This document shows positions 9,212 through 18,281 of a stretch of 60,048 nucleotides of DNA, one piece after another. This stretch comes from a bacterium. Lineage in GTDB: Bacteria; SZUA-182; SZUA-191; JAJRXT01. The notes beneath the pieces are model-generated. The model was not told where the DNA came from, searched no databases, and saw only the letters and a list, made by a program, of their open reading frames with translations. The stretch's first letter is position 1; each line of letters begins with the position of its first letter. The DNA lies in NCBI GenBank assembly GCA_024277675.1, contig JAJRUS010000139.1, forward strand, positions 1 through 60,048. The letters run 5' to 3'. The position numbers and the translations under genes were made by a program.

Positions 9212-10177
9212 ATGACTTTTTCAGCAGATAAATCTATATTGTATAAAAAATTCTATCGGGAGATCTATCGAATCAGACGTGTTGAAGAAGAGATCGCCAG
9301 GATTTATCCGACCGATAAAATTAAGAGTCCGGTACATTTATCTATAGGGCAGGAAGCCGTTTCCGTCGGGGTGTGTCAAGCATTGAGGCCGGATGATATT
9401 GTTTTCGGAACTTATAGAGGTCACGCCATGTATCTCGCAAAAGGTGGAGATTTAAGGGGTATGATCGCAGAGCTTTACGGAAAAAGTACCGGTTGCGCAA
9501 AGGGTATAGGCGGTTCAATGCACCTCATAGACACCAATCACGGTATTATGGGAACATCAGCCATTGTGGGAACTACTATTCCCCTGGCAGTGGGGTATGC
9601 TTACGGTTTAAAACTCAACCAAAAAGACTCCATTGCGGTAAGTTTTTTCGGGGATGGGGCAGTAGATGAGGGTGCATTTCACGAAAGCTTGAATTATGCC
9701 GCTTTAAAAAAATTACCGGTGTTATTTGTGTGTGAAAATAATTTGTATGCTATTCACTCCCATCATCTCCAGCGACATCACTCTGATAATATCACTGAAC
9801 GTGCGCGCAGCTACGGAATGCCTGCCAAAAGGATTGAAGATGGCGATGTGTTTAAGATTTATGATTTTGTGAAAGCAACTGTAGAAAAAATGAGGGCCGG
9901 AAGTTGTGGCCCTGTTTTCCTTGAATGTGTAACCTGTCGCTGGAAAGAACATGTAGGCCCATGTGATGATTTCCATTTAGGCTATCGAAGTGAAGAGGAA
10001 GTAGCGGCCTGGAAGCGGAAAGATTCACTGAGCAGCCTGGGGAGTCTGCTGGAAAGTGACATTAGAAATAAGATAGAGCTGGCAGTAGCGAGTGAAATAA
10101 CGGATGCCTTCAAATTTGCAGAAGAGAGCCTTTTCCCCGAACCGGAAAGGCTATATCACTATCTTTTCAAAGAATAA
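9212..10177 (+). CDS. TPP-dependent dehydrogenase E1 alpha subunit
   Basis: HLSIGQEA, GGSMH and GDGA...ENN TPP motif. Confidence 0.92.
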   Translation: MTFSADKSILYKKFYREIYRIRRVEEEIARIYPTDKIKSPVHLSIGQEAVSVGVCQALRPDDIVFGTYRGHAMYLAKGGDLRGMIAELYGKSTGCAKGIGGSMHLIDTNHGIMGTSAIVGTTIPLAVGYAYGLKLNQKDSIAVSFFGDGAVDEGAFHESLNYAALKKLPVLFVCENNLYAIHSHHLQRHHSDNITERARSYGMPAKRIEDGDVFKIYDFVKATVEKMRAGSCGPVFLECVTCRWKEHVGPCDDFHLGYRSEEEVAAWKRKDSLSSLGSLLESDIRNKIELAVASEITDAFKFAEESLFPEPERLYHYLFKE

Positions 10178-10180
10178 TCC

Positions 10181-11227
10181 ATGCCAAGAATCCTTAAATA
10201 TCCCGATGCAATTTGTGAAGCGCTAGAACAGGAAATGTCTCGCGATCCATCAGTAATAGTGCTTGGCCAGGGCGTTGATGATCCCAAGGCTATTCTGGGT
10301 ACCACCAAAGGGCTGGTAGAAAAATTTGGTTCAGAGAGGGTCAGTGATACACCCTTAGCGGAAGATGGAATGACGGGTGTTGCAATTGGGGCTGCTTTAG
10401 CAGGCCTGCGGCCTATCCATACCCATATTAGAATGGATTTCGTACTTCTGGCTATGAATCAAATCATAAACATGGCTGCCAAAATGCACTATATGTTTGG
10501 CGGGGCTGTTTATATACCAATTGTAATTCGATCTATAATCGGTAAAAGTTGGGGCCAGGGAGCACAACATTCTCAAAGTATATATCCAATGTTAATGAAC
10601 ATTCCCGGTTTGAAAATAGTCGCTCCCTCGACACCTTATGATGTTAAGGGGGGGTTGATTCAAAGCCTGCGCGATAATAACCCTGTAGTATTTATTGAAC
10701 ACAGACTGCTGTACTACCAGAAAGGTCATGTACCGGAAGAGAGTTATACCATTCCATTTGGAAAGGCACGAGTTCTCGCCAGAGGGAGTCATATTACCCT
10801 GGTGGGAATTTCTCATATGGCGGTGGAGTGTCTCAGGGCACAACGTTACCTGAAAGAAGTGGGAATAGAGGCGGAGGTGATAGATCCTGTATCTCTCAGC
10901 CCATTAGACATTGACACAATCCTTGCATCTACCTTAAAGACTAAAAAAATCATTGTGGTGGATAATTCCTGGATAACATGTGGCGCCGGAGCGGAAATAA
11001 TTGCTCAACTAACTGAAAAAAATCATGAAAACAAGGGTATTGTATTTCGCCGGATGGGGTTTGCCTTTGTACCTTGTCCGACAACCCCTGCGCTGGAAAA
11101 CAGTTTTTATCCGAATGCGAAAACAATTGCTTCCACTGCCTATGAAATGATTTATGGAAAAAAAGATTCATGGACGCCTGACGCTGAGCTGACTATTGAA
11201 GAAGTTGAATTTAAAGGCCCATTTTAA
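10181..11227 (+). CDS. TPP-dependent dehydrogenase E1 beta subunit
   Basis: DTPLAE, GAQHSQ, NPVVFIEH motifs. Confidence 0.92.
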   Translation: MPRILKYPDAICEALEQEMSRDPSVIVLGQGVDDPKAILGTTKGLVEKFGSERVSDTPLAEDGMTGVAIGAALAGLRPIHTHIRMDFVLLAMNQIINMAAKMHYMFGGAVYIPIVIRSIIGKSWGQGAQHSQSIYPMLMNIPGLKIVAPSTPYDVKGGLIQSLRDNNPVVFIEHRLLYYQKGHVPEESYTIPFGKARVLARGSHITLVGISHMAVECLRAQRYLKEVGIEAEVIDPVSLSPLDIDTILASTLKTKKIIVVDNSWITCGAGAEIIAQLTEKNHENKGIVFRRMGFAFVPCPTTPALENSFYPNAKTIASTAYEMIYGKKDSWTPDAELTIEEVEFKGPF

Positions 11228-11286
11228 AAAAATAAACCATGCTATATTTAACTGAATAGACATATTATAACCAAGGATACAAATTC

Positions 11287-11955
11287 ATGAAAGTTACCTT
11301 ACTTATTCCTACGCTGAATGAGATAGAGGCAATGAAAATAATTATGCCTCAAATTAAACCCGAATGGTATGATGAGCTAATTATTGTTGACGGAGGCTCC
11401 ACAGATGGTACCATAGAATATGCAGAAGAAAATGGATATTTCGTATACAAACAACAGAACAAGGGATTAAATAATGCCTACATAGAGTCTATTGAGATAA
11501 TAACGGGGGACATCATAGTAGTATTTAGTCCGGACGGCAATTCTTTACCGGAGTGTATTCCCGAATTAGCTGATAAAATGAAGCAGGGATATGACATGGT
11601 TATTGCTTCGCGCTATTGTGGGGGCGCCAAGAGCTACGATGATGATATTATTACCGCTTTTGGTAATAGGATGTTTACGGCCTTTGTTAATCTATTTTTT
11701 AGAGCAAAATATACGGATTGTCTGGTTATTTTCCGTGCCTTTAGAAAAGACCTGTGGTACAGATTGGAATTAGGGGCCAATGGGCCGGTTATCGAAATAC
11801 AGATGTGTATTCGATGTGCCAAAAAGAAATTGAAAGTTGCTGATATCCCAGGTGATGAGCCTAAGAGGATCGGTGGAGAGAGACAAATGAGTCCTCTCTA
11901 TAACGGTACCTACTTACTTTGGATGATAATAAAAGAACTATTTATGTGGCGTTAA
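11287..11955 (+). CDS. Glycosyltransferase family 2 (DPM1-like)
   Basis: IPTLNE, VDGGSTDGT, DMVIASRY. Confidence 0.88.
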   Translation: MKVTLLIPTLNEIEAMKIIMPQIKPEWYDELIIVDGGSTDGTIEYAEENGYFVYKQQNKGLNNAYIESIEIITGDIIVVFSPDGNSLPECIPELADKMKQGYDMVIASRYCGGAKSYDDDIITAFGNRMFTAFVNLFFRAKYTDCLVIFRAFRKDLWYRLELGANGPVIEIQMCIRCAKKKLKVADIPGDEPKRIGGERQMSPLYNGTYLLWMIIKELFMWR

Positions 11956-11997
11956 TCTCTTAGAATTTTTCAGGTTAAATAAAACAAAAGGGGTTCC

Positions 11998-12981
11998 ATG
12001 TTTAAAAATAAAAAAATATTAATAACCGGCGGCACGGGATTAATCGGAATACAACTTGTTAACATGTTAATTGAACAAGGGGCCAGGGTATCTATTGCTG
12101 CTTTAGATGATCCTTCACGGGCACACCCGGAAGCAGAATTCAAGCAAGTCAATCTTATGCGATTCGAAAACTGTATTGAAGCTTGTACCGGAATGGATAT
12201 GGTCTTCCACCTGGCCGGCATCAAAGGTTCGCCTGCAATGACTTCAAAAAAACCGGCAAGTTTTTTTGTTCCTACTATTACTTTTAATACCAATATGATG
12301 GAAGCTGCCCGACAATGTAGCGTTAGAAGGTATCTTTTTACCAGCAGTATCGGGGTTTATTCTCCGGCTGAAGTATTTTTTGAAGATGCGGTGTGGAAGA
12401 CATTTCCTTCAGAAAATGATAAATTCGCCGGCTGGGCTAAACGTATGGGGGAATTGCAGGCTGACGCTTATAAAATTGAATATAACTGGGATAAGATAGC
12501 TATTGTCAGGCCGGCAAATGTTTACGGCCCTTATGATAATTTTGATCCAAATAATGCTATGGTAATTCCCTCGCTTATTAAACGTGCGCTGGATGGTGAG
12601 AATCCGCTGGTTGTATGGGGAGATGGCTCTGCCATAAGGGACTTTATTCATGCAAAAGATGTGGCAAAAGGAATGCTTGTGGCTATGGAAAACGCTACCG
12701 GCCAGGTTATAAATCTAGGCAGCGGTACCGGTGTCAGTATAAAAGATATAGTTGAAATCATAGTCAATAACATTAAAGATAAACCTGAAGTAATCTGGGA
12801 CACTTCTAAACCCTCAGGCGACAGGAAAAGATTGATGGACATATCACGGGCAAATTCAATCGGTTTTAAGCCTGCGATTTCTATTGAAGCTGGCATAAAG
12901 GAAGTGATGTCGTGGTATTGGGAAAATAAAAACATCGTTGATAAAAGATATAATGTGTTTGTTGAAAACAAGTTTTTTTAA
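11998..12981 (+). CDS. NAD-dependent epimerase/reductase (Fcl/GME-like SDR)
   Basis: ITGGTGLIG, RPANVYGPYDNF, VWGDGSAIRDFIH. Confidence 0.88.
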   Translation: MFKNKKILITGGTGLIGIQLVNMLIEQGARVSIAALDDPSRAHPEAEFKQVNLMRFENCIEACTGMDMVFHLAGIKGSPAMTSKKPASFFVPTITFNTNMMEAARQCSVRRYLFTSSIGVYSPAEVFFEDAVWKTFPSENDKFAGWAKRMGELQADAYKIEYNWDKIAIVRPANVYGPYDNFDPNNAMVIPSLIKRALDGENPLVVWGDGSAIRDFIHAKDVAKGMLVAMENATGQVINLGSGTGVSIKDIVEIIVNNIKDKPEVIWDTSKPSGDRKRLMDISRANSIGFKPAISIEAGIKEVMSWYWENKNIVDKRYNVFVENKFF

Positions 12982-13023
12982 TATTTCTTCGCAAGAAACA
13001 TCTCGATTTTTAAAGGATAAAAT

Positions 13024-13980
13024 ATGAAGAAAAAGGTTTTGATATGCGGCGCCACCGGTTTTATAGGTAGAAATATCGGTGAATATTTTAGCCGGACAGA
13101 TGATTTTGAAGTTTATGGCACTTATCTGAAATCCCCCCCCCCGGACAATCCCAAAATCAGGATGGTAAAAGCCAACCTCACCAGGGAGGAGGATGTCAAT
13201 CGCGTCGTAGCTGGTATGGATATTATTATTCAAGCCGCTGCTACTACATCGGGAGCCAAAGATATTGTTACCAAACCCTATTACCATGTTACCGATAATG
13301 CCGTGATGAATTCCCTGATATTCAGGGCGGCTTATGAACATAAAGTCTCCAGGGTTGTATTTTTTAGCTGTACAGTTATGTATCAGTCAAGCAATACACC
13401 CCTCAAAGAAACCGATTTTGATGCAAACAAAGAGCTTAATTCAAAATACTTCGGGGTTGGCTGGACAAAGGTTTATATTGAGAAAATGTGTGAATTTTAT
13501 TCCCGAATGGGGAATACTAAATATACAGTAATAAGACACTCAAATATTTATGGCCCTTATGATAAATTTGATTTGGAAAAATCCCACGTTTTCGGAGCAA
13601 CTATGACTAAGGTCATGACGACCGAAAAGGGAGGGAAGATAATAGTATGGGGAACCGGCGAAGAAGAGAGGGACCTTCTTTATGTGTCTTGCCTGGTGGA
13701 TTTTGTAAGGCTTGCAATTGATAAGCAGGAGTCTGAATTTGAACTTTACAACGTGGGATATGGCAGTTCAATTTCTATAAATGATTTAGTCGACAAGATT
13801 ATTGCTTGTTCCGGTAAAGATATTTCGGTGGAGCACGATCTGAGTAAACCAACTATAAAGACAACGCTTTGCCTTGATACGTCCAAAGCAAAAACCTCAC
13901 TCGGATGGGCCCCTGATATAACATTGGATGAGGGAATACAAAAAACTATGGATTGGTATAAATCTAACATAACAAATTGA
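13024..13980 (+). CDS. NAD-dependent epimerase/reductase (Fcl-like SDR)
   Basis: CGATGFIG, NIYGPYDKF..SHV, VWGTGEEERD. Confidence 0.88.
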   Translation: MKKKVLICGATGFIGRNIGEYFSRTDDFEVYGTYLKSPPPDNPKIRMVKANLTREEDVNRVVAGMDIIIQAAATTSGAKDIVTKPYYHVTDNAVMNSLIFRAAYEHKVSRVVFFSCTVMYQSSNTPLKETDFDANKELNSKYFGVGWTKVYIEKMCEFYSRMGNTKYTVIRHSNIYGPYDKFDLEKSHVFGATMTKVMTTEKGGKIIVWGTGEEERDLLYVSCLVDFVRLAIDKQESEFELYNVGYGSSISINDLVDKIIACSGKDISVEHDLSKPTIKTTLCLDTSKAKTSLGWAPDITLDEGIQKTMDWYKSNITN

Positions 13981-14080
13981 GCTGCCTTGATGAGTCCAGA
14001 CAGCCGTTTTAAGCCATTTGGGGATATATCCCCTTTTTCAAGGCACCTATTTATTTTAAAGCAGGAGAATCTACAATAAG

Positions 14081-15280
14081 ATGAGGATCCCTTTCGGAAC
14101 TATAACTATTACACAAAAAGCCAAGGATTTGATTATGGATTCCCTGGAATCCGGCCGGGTCTCTTGTGGAAAGCTGGTGGGAGAGTTTGAGAGAAGCTTT
14201 GCCCGGCAAGTAGGCACTAAAGAAGCGGTGGCGGTTGGTACTGGTACGGATGCGGTGGCTTTGGCTCTGGCGGTTTTATACGATTTAGGCGCCCGTAGAG
14301 GAGATGAGGTCATATTGCCGGCGCTTTCTTTTTCAGCCACCGGAAACGCCGTTTTGCAGGCTGGCTTTACGCCGGTGTTTGTAGATATAGATAAATATAC
14401 TTTAAATATTGAACCGACCGGCATAGCGGAGAAAATTACCGAAAAGACTAAAGCGATTATACCAGTGCACTTAATGGGAAAACCCGCTGATATGGATTCC
14501 ATTATGGAAATTGCCCGAAATTATAATCTGCATGTTATCGAGGATGCAGCCGAAGCTCATGGCGCTGAGTATAAAGGCCGGAAGATAGGGGCAATCGGAG
14601 ATATGGCCGCCTATAGCCTTTATGTGGCTCATATCATTACTACTGTTGAGGGTGGAATTATCACCACCGACCGGGAAGATTTTGCCGGAATCCTGAGGTC
14701 GCTACGGTCTCACGGACGGGCCTGCAAGTGTAAAATTTGTGTATTGAACACCAATTCCGCTTATTGCGACAAAAGATTTCAATCCCAGGATTCCATCGAT
14801 ATCCGTTTTCAATTCGAAAGAATCGGTTTTTCATCGAAGATGAATGAACTGGAAGCGGCTATCGGGCTGGGAAATATGGATATTTTTGATGAAATTCTAA
14901 CCAGGAAACGAAAAAACCTGCTTACCATGATAGACAGGTTACAGGGTTTTGATCAATACCTTTATACTATAACAGAAGCACATTATGAAAAAATCGGCCC
15001 TCACGCTTTTCCCATTATATTAAGGAGTGATGCCCCGTTTACCAGAAATCAATTGGTAAGCTATATGGAGAAAATGGGGATAGATACCAGGAGCCTCTTC
15101 CTGTCGATGCCGACTCAATGCCCCGGCTTTGAGTTTTTAGGCTATAGGAGCGGAGAATTTCCGGCGGCTGAATATATTGGCGAAAATGGTATCCATATAG
15201 GAGTACATCAGGATATCAACGATGAGCAGATTGACTATGTTATGGATACTATTGCGGAATTCCTGCAGGAAAACACCTAA
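14081..15280 (+). CDS. DegT/DnrJ-family PLP/PMP enzyme, probable NDP-4-keto-6-deoxyhexose 3-dehydratase (E1/ColD type)
   Basis: IEDAAEAHG; SLYVAHIITTVEGG has His where aminotransferases have Lys; Cys cluster GRACKCKIC...C. Confidence 0.8.
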   Translation: MRIPFGTITITQKAKDLIMDSLESGRVSCGKLVGEFERSFARQVGTKEAVAVGTGTDAVALALAVLYDLGARRGDEVILPALSFSATGNAVLQAGFTPVFVDIDKYTLNIEPTGIAEKITEKTKAIIPVHLMGKPADMDSIMEIARNYNLHVIEDAAEAHGAEYKGRKIGAIGDMAAYSLYVAHIITTVEGGIITTDREDFAGILRSLRSHGRACKCKICVLNTNSAYCDKRFQSQDSIDIRFQFERIGFSSKMNELEAAIGLGNMDIFDEILTRKRKNLLTMIDRLQGFDQYLYTITEAHYEKIGPHAFPIILRSDAPFTRNQLVSYMEKMGIDTRSLFLSMPTQCPGFEFLGYRSGEFPAAEYIGENGIHIGVHQDINDEQIDYVMDTIAEFLQENT

Positions 15281-15292
15281 CCATTACTATAA

Positions 15293-16219
15293 ATGAACAG
15301 GAATCCAAAGATATATGTAGCTGGACATACGGGCCTGATAGGGTCGGCAATCATAAGGAAATTAACCGCCCTGGGTCATGATAATATTCTGGTTAAGTCC
15401 CATCAGGAGTTGGATCTTACAGATAGATCAGCCGCCGAGAAGCTCTTTGCCGGAGAAAAACCGGAATATTTGTTCCTGGCGGCGGCTAAGGTAGGGGGTA
15501 TTTATGCCAATAGTACTTATCCGGCTGAATTTATCTTTCAAAATTTGATGATCCAGAGTAATGTTATTGACCTGGCCTTTAGATACAAGGTTAGAAAGCT
15601 CCTATTCCTGGGCAGTGTATGCATGTATCCCAGGATATGTCCGCAACCCATAAAAGAAGATTTTTTAATGACTGGCCCCATAGAACCGACCAATGAGCCT
15701 TTTGGGGTGGCAAAGCTGGCCGGGATAAAAATGTGCCAGGCCTATAATACACAATATGGCACAAATTTTATATCAGCCATACCGGCAAATGTTTATGGAA
15801 TTAATGATCATTTCGATGAGCATGGGCATGTGGTAGCGGCTCTGATCAGGAAATTCCATGCAGCAAAAAAAGAAAAGAGAAAAAGCGTTACTATCTGGGG
15901 TACCGGTAAACCCAGGCGGGAATTCCTTTATGTTGATGATGTGGCTGATGCCTGTATCTTTTTGATGAATAAATATGAGGCCAACCAAGTAATAAACGTT
16001 GGAAAAGGAACGGATACATCCATACTCGAATTAGCCAATATAATTGGGGAAATTACAGGCTTCGAGGGAGAGATCAGTTTTGACACCAGCAAACCGGACG
16101 GCATTCCGAGGAGACTCCTGGACTCCAGCCGGATTAACGCCTTGGGCTGGGAAGCCAGGACACAACTGGTAGATGGGCTAAAGGAAACTTATGCCTGGTA
16201 CAAGCACTCAATAGCCTGA
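15293..16219 (+). CDS. fcl: GDP-L-fucose synthase-like epimerase/reductase
   Basis: VAGHTGLIGSA, LAAAKVGGIYAN, EPTNEP, WGTGKPRREFLYVDD, SKPDG. Confidence 0.85.
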   Translation: MNRNPKIYVAGHTGLIGSAIIRKLTALGHDNILVKSHQELDLTDRSAAEKLFAGEKPEYLFLAAAKVGGIYANSTYPAEFIFQNLMIQSNVIDLAFRYKVRKLLFLGSVCMYPRICPQPIKEDFLMTGPIEPTNEPFGVAKLAGIKMCQAYNTQYGTNFISAIPANVYGINDHFDEHGHVVAALIRKFHAAKKEKRKSVTIWGTGKPRREFLYVDDVADACIFLMNKYEANQVINVGKGTDTSILELANIIGEITGFEGEISFDTSKPDGIPRRLLDSSRINALGWEARTQLVDGLKETYAWYKHSIA

Positions 16220-16354
16220 TAAATTCAGCATTTATGGTCACAATTTTTGCTGTCAGGTATGACATGTTTAGTAAAATAAGCAAAAAAACGTGAAGCAGGT
16301 TTTTTTGCTGAGTTTTTATTTTTTGACACTAACAATCCAACCGGCCAACAGACT

Positions 16355-17353
16355 ATGATTATTACCAGAACCCCCTTTCGCATTTCATTTTTCGGCGGTG
16401 GAACCGATTACCCGCACTGGTATGAAGAACATGGCGGAACGGTATTAAGCACCACCATTAATAAATATTGTTACATCAGTTGTCGTTATCTGCCCCCCTT
16501 TTTTCCTTATAAGTACAGGATAAGATACACTTACAGGGAAGAAACCAAGGAAATTTCCGAGATAAAACACCCTTCAGTGAAAGAGTGCTTAAATTATTTA
16601 GCGATAGACCGGGGTATTGAGATGGTGCACACCAGTGATATACCCGCCAGATCAGGAGTTGGTTCCAGTTCCGCTTTTACCGTAGGTTTTCTGGGCGCCT
16701 TAAGTGCCTTAAAAGGGAAGATGGTGACCAAAAGGTCGCTGGCCAGAGATGCCATCCATGTTGAACAAAAAATATTGAAAGAAAATGTAGGCTCTCAAGA
16801 TCAGGTGGCCGCCGCCTTTGGTGGACTGAATAAAATTGAGTTTGGCGGAAATCGCAATTTTTACGTACAACCCATAACTATATCCCAAGAAAAACTAGCC
16901 TTATTTCAAAGTCATCTGATGCTATTCTTTACCGGTTTATCCCGTACTGCATCGGATATAGCCAAAAAGCAAATAGCGTCTATCTCGGTTAAAAAAAGAG
17001 AATTGAGGATTATGAAGGAAATGGTGGAAGAAGCGATCAATCTTCTCAACGGGAGAAACAGCGATATTAAAGAAATAGGCAAGCTGCTTCATGAATCATG
17101 GAGTATAAAGAAAAATCTGACGGATTTGATATCCACCAGTAAAATCGAAGAAATTTATGATGCCGCTATAGGCGCCGGTGCGGCGGGGGGGAAATTATTG
17201 GGGGCGGGCGGCGGGGGATTTATCCTCTTCTTCGCCAGCCCTGAAGTCCAACCCGCTATAAAAGAAAAATTAAAAGACCTGCTTTATGTGCCTTTCGACT
17301 TTGAAGACCTGGGCAGCCAGATTATCCTATATGCCACTCAAGATTTCTACTAA
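16355..17353 (+). CDS. hddA: D-glycero-D-manno-heptose 7-phosphate kinase-like GHMP kinase
   Basis: MIITRTPFRISFFGGGTD, PARSGVGSSS, GSQDQ, GKLLGAGGGG. Confidence 0.88.
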   Translation: MIITRTPFRISFFGGGTDYPHWYEEHGGTVLSTTINKYCYISCRYLPPFFPYKYRIRYTYREETKEISEIKHPSVKECLNYLAIDRGIEMVHTSDIPARSGVGSSSAFTVGFLGALSALKGKMVTKRSLARDAIHVEQKILKENVGSQDQVAAAFGGLNKIEFGGNRNFYVQPITISQEKLALFQSHLMLFFTGLSRTASDIAKKQIASISVKKRELRIMKEMVEEAINLLNGRNSDIKEIGKLLHESWSIKKNLTDLISTSKIEEIYDAAIGAGAAGGKLLGAGGGGFILFFASPEVQPAIKEKLKDLLYVPFDFEDLGSQIILYATQDFY

Positions 17354-17426
17354 TCATAAACCAGTGCACTGTCAATCATACATTGAGAGGTAATAAAAGG
17401 GAAGAAATCCAAATGCCGGCAGGAAC

Positions 17427-17503
17427 TTTTGACAGGATAAAACAGGATTATTTAACTCCTTTTGGATCATTGCCCCTCTATCTTGTACATCCTGTCTAAA
17501 AAA
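17427..17503 (+). repeat. REP-like palindromic repeat (GACAGGAT...ATCCTGTC), copy 1
   Basis: TTTTGACAGGATAAAACAGGAT...ATCTTGTACATCCTGTCTAAAAAA; inverted copy near 19813. Confidence 0.6.
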
Positions 17504-17553
17504 GGTTTTGACATTTGGCATTTTTTACTTTTACCCAACAAAATTAGCATGAC

Positions 17554-18279
17554 ATGACACTAGCAGAGATTGATGTAATCATTTTAAGTGGCGGTCAGGG
17601 AACCCGCTTGAGAGAAGTAGTCAGTGATCGCCCCAAAACCATGGCGGAAATCAATCAGCGTCCCTTCTTAGATATACTTATCGATTATACCTCAACATAC
17701 TGCTTCAAGCGCTTTATCTTATGTACCGGCTATAAATCGTCCATCATCAAAGATTACTATGCTGATTACACCGGGCAGCAGGAGATTTTAATCTCTGATG
17801 AGAACCAACCGCTGGACACCGGCGGAGCGGTAAAGAATGCCGAGCAGTTTATTCAGAGCGATTCCTTTCTGGTGATGAATGGGGATTCATTTTGTCCGGT
17901 CGATTTACCGGGCTTTGCCGATTTTCATACAAAAAAAGGCGCTATGATATCGATGGTGGTGGTTGAAGCCGGGAATGCCCGTGATTACGGATTGATTAGC
18001 CTGGATAATTCACAGAAGATTATCCGGTTTGAAGAGAAGACCGGGGATGAGCAGGCATTTATTAATGCCGGTATATACCTTTTTAAAAAAGAGGTGCTGG
18101 CAAGCTTAGCTTACAACACTAAATATTCCCTGGAGTATGACCTGTTCCCAAGCTTCGTCGGCCAGGAATTTTACGGCTACATCTCACCGGCACCAATGAT
18201 AGATATCGGAACCCCTGAGCGATTTGAACAAGCCCAAAAGTCCATTTCCGGACTATACGGGAATGCCCGGCATAAATAA
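17554..18279 (+). CDS. hddC: Sugar-1-phosphate guanylyltransferase (HddC-like)
   Basis: ILSGGQGTRL...PKTM, PLDTGGA, NGDS, INAGIY, IDIGTPE; adjacent to hddA. Confidence 0.82.
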   Translation: MTLAEIDVIILSGGQGTRLREVVSDRPKTMAEINQRPFLDILIDYTSTYCFKRFILCTGYKSSIIKDYYADYTGQQEILISDENQPLDTGGAVKNAEQFIQSDSFLVMNGDSFCPVDLPGFADFHTKKGAMISMVVVEAGNARDYGLISLDNSQKIIRFEEKTGDEQAFINAGIYLFKKEVLASLAYNTKYSLEYDLFPSFVGQEFYGYISPAPMIDIGTPERFEQAQKSISGLYGNARHK

Positions 18280-18281
18280 CT

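Noticed and set aside
9212-11227. Housekeeping pyruvate/acetoin dehydrogenase
   Set aside because: No E2, E3 or lipoyl genes nearby, and it is embedded among nucleotide-sugar genes.
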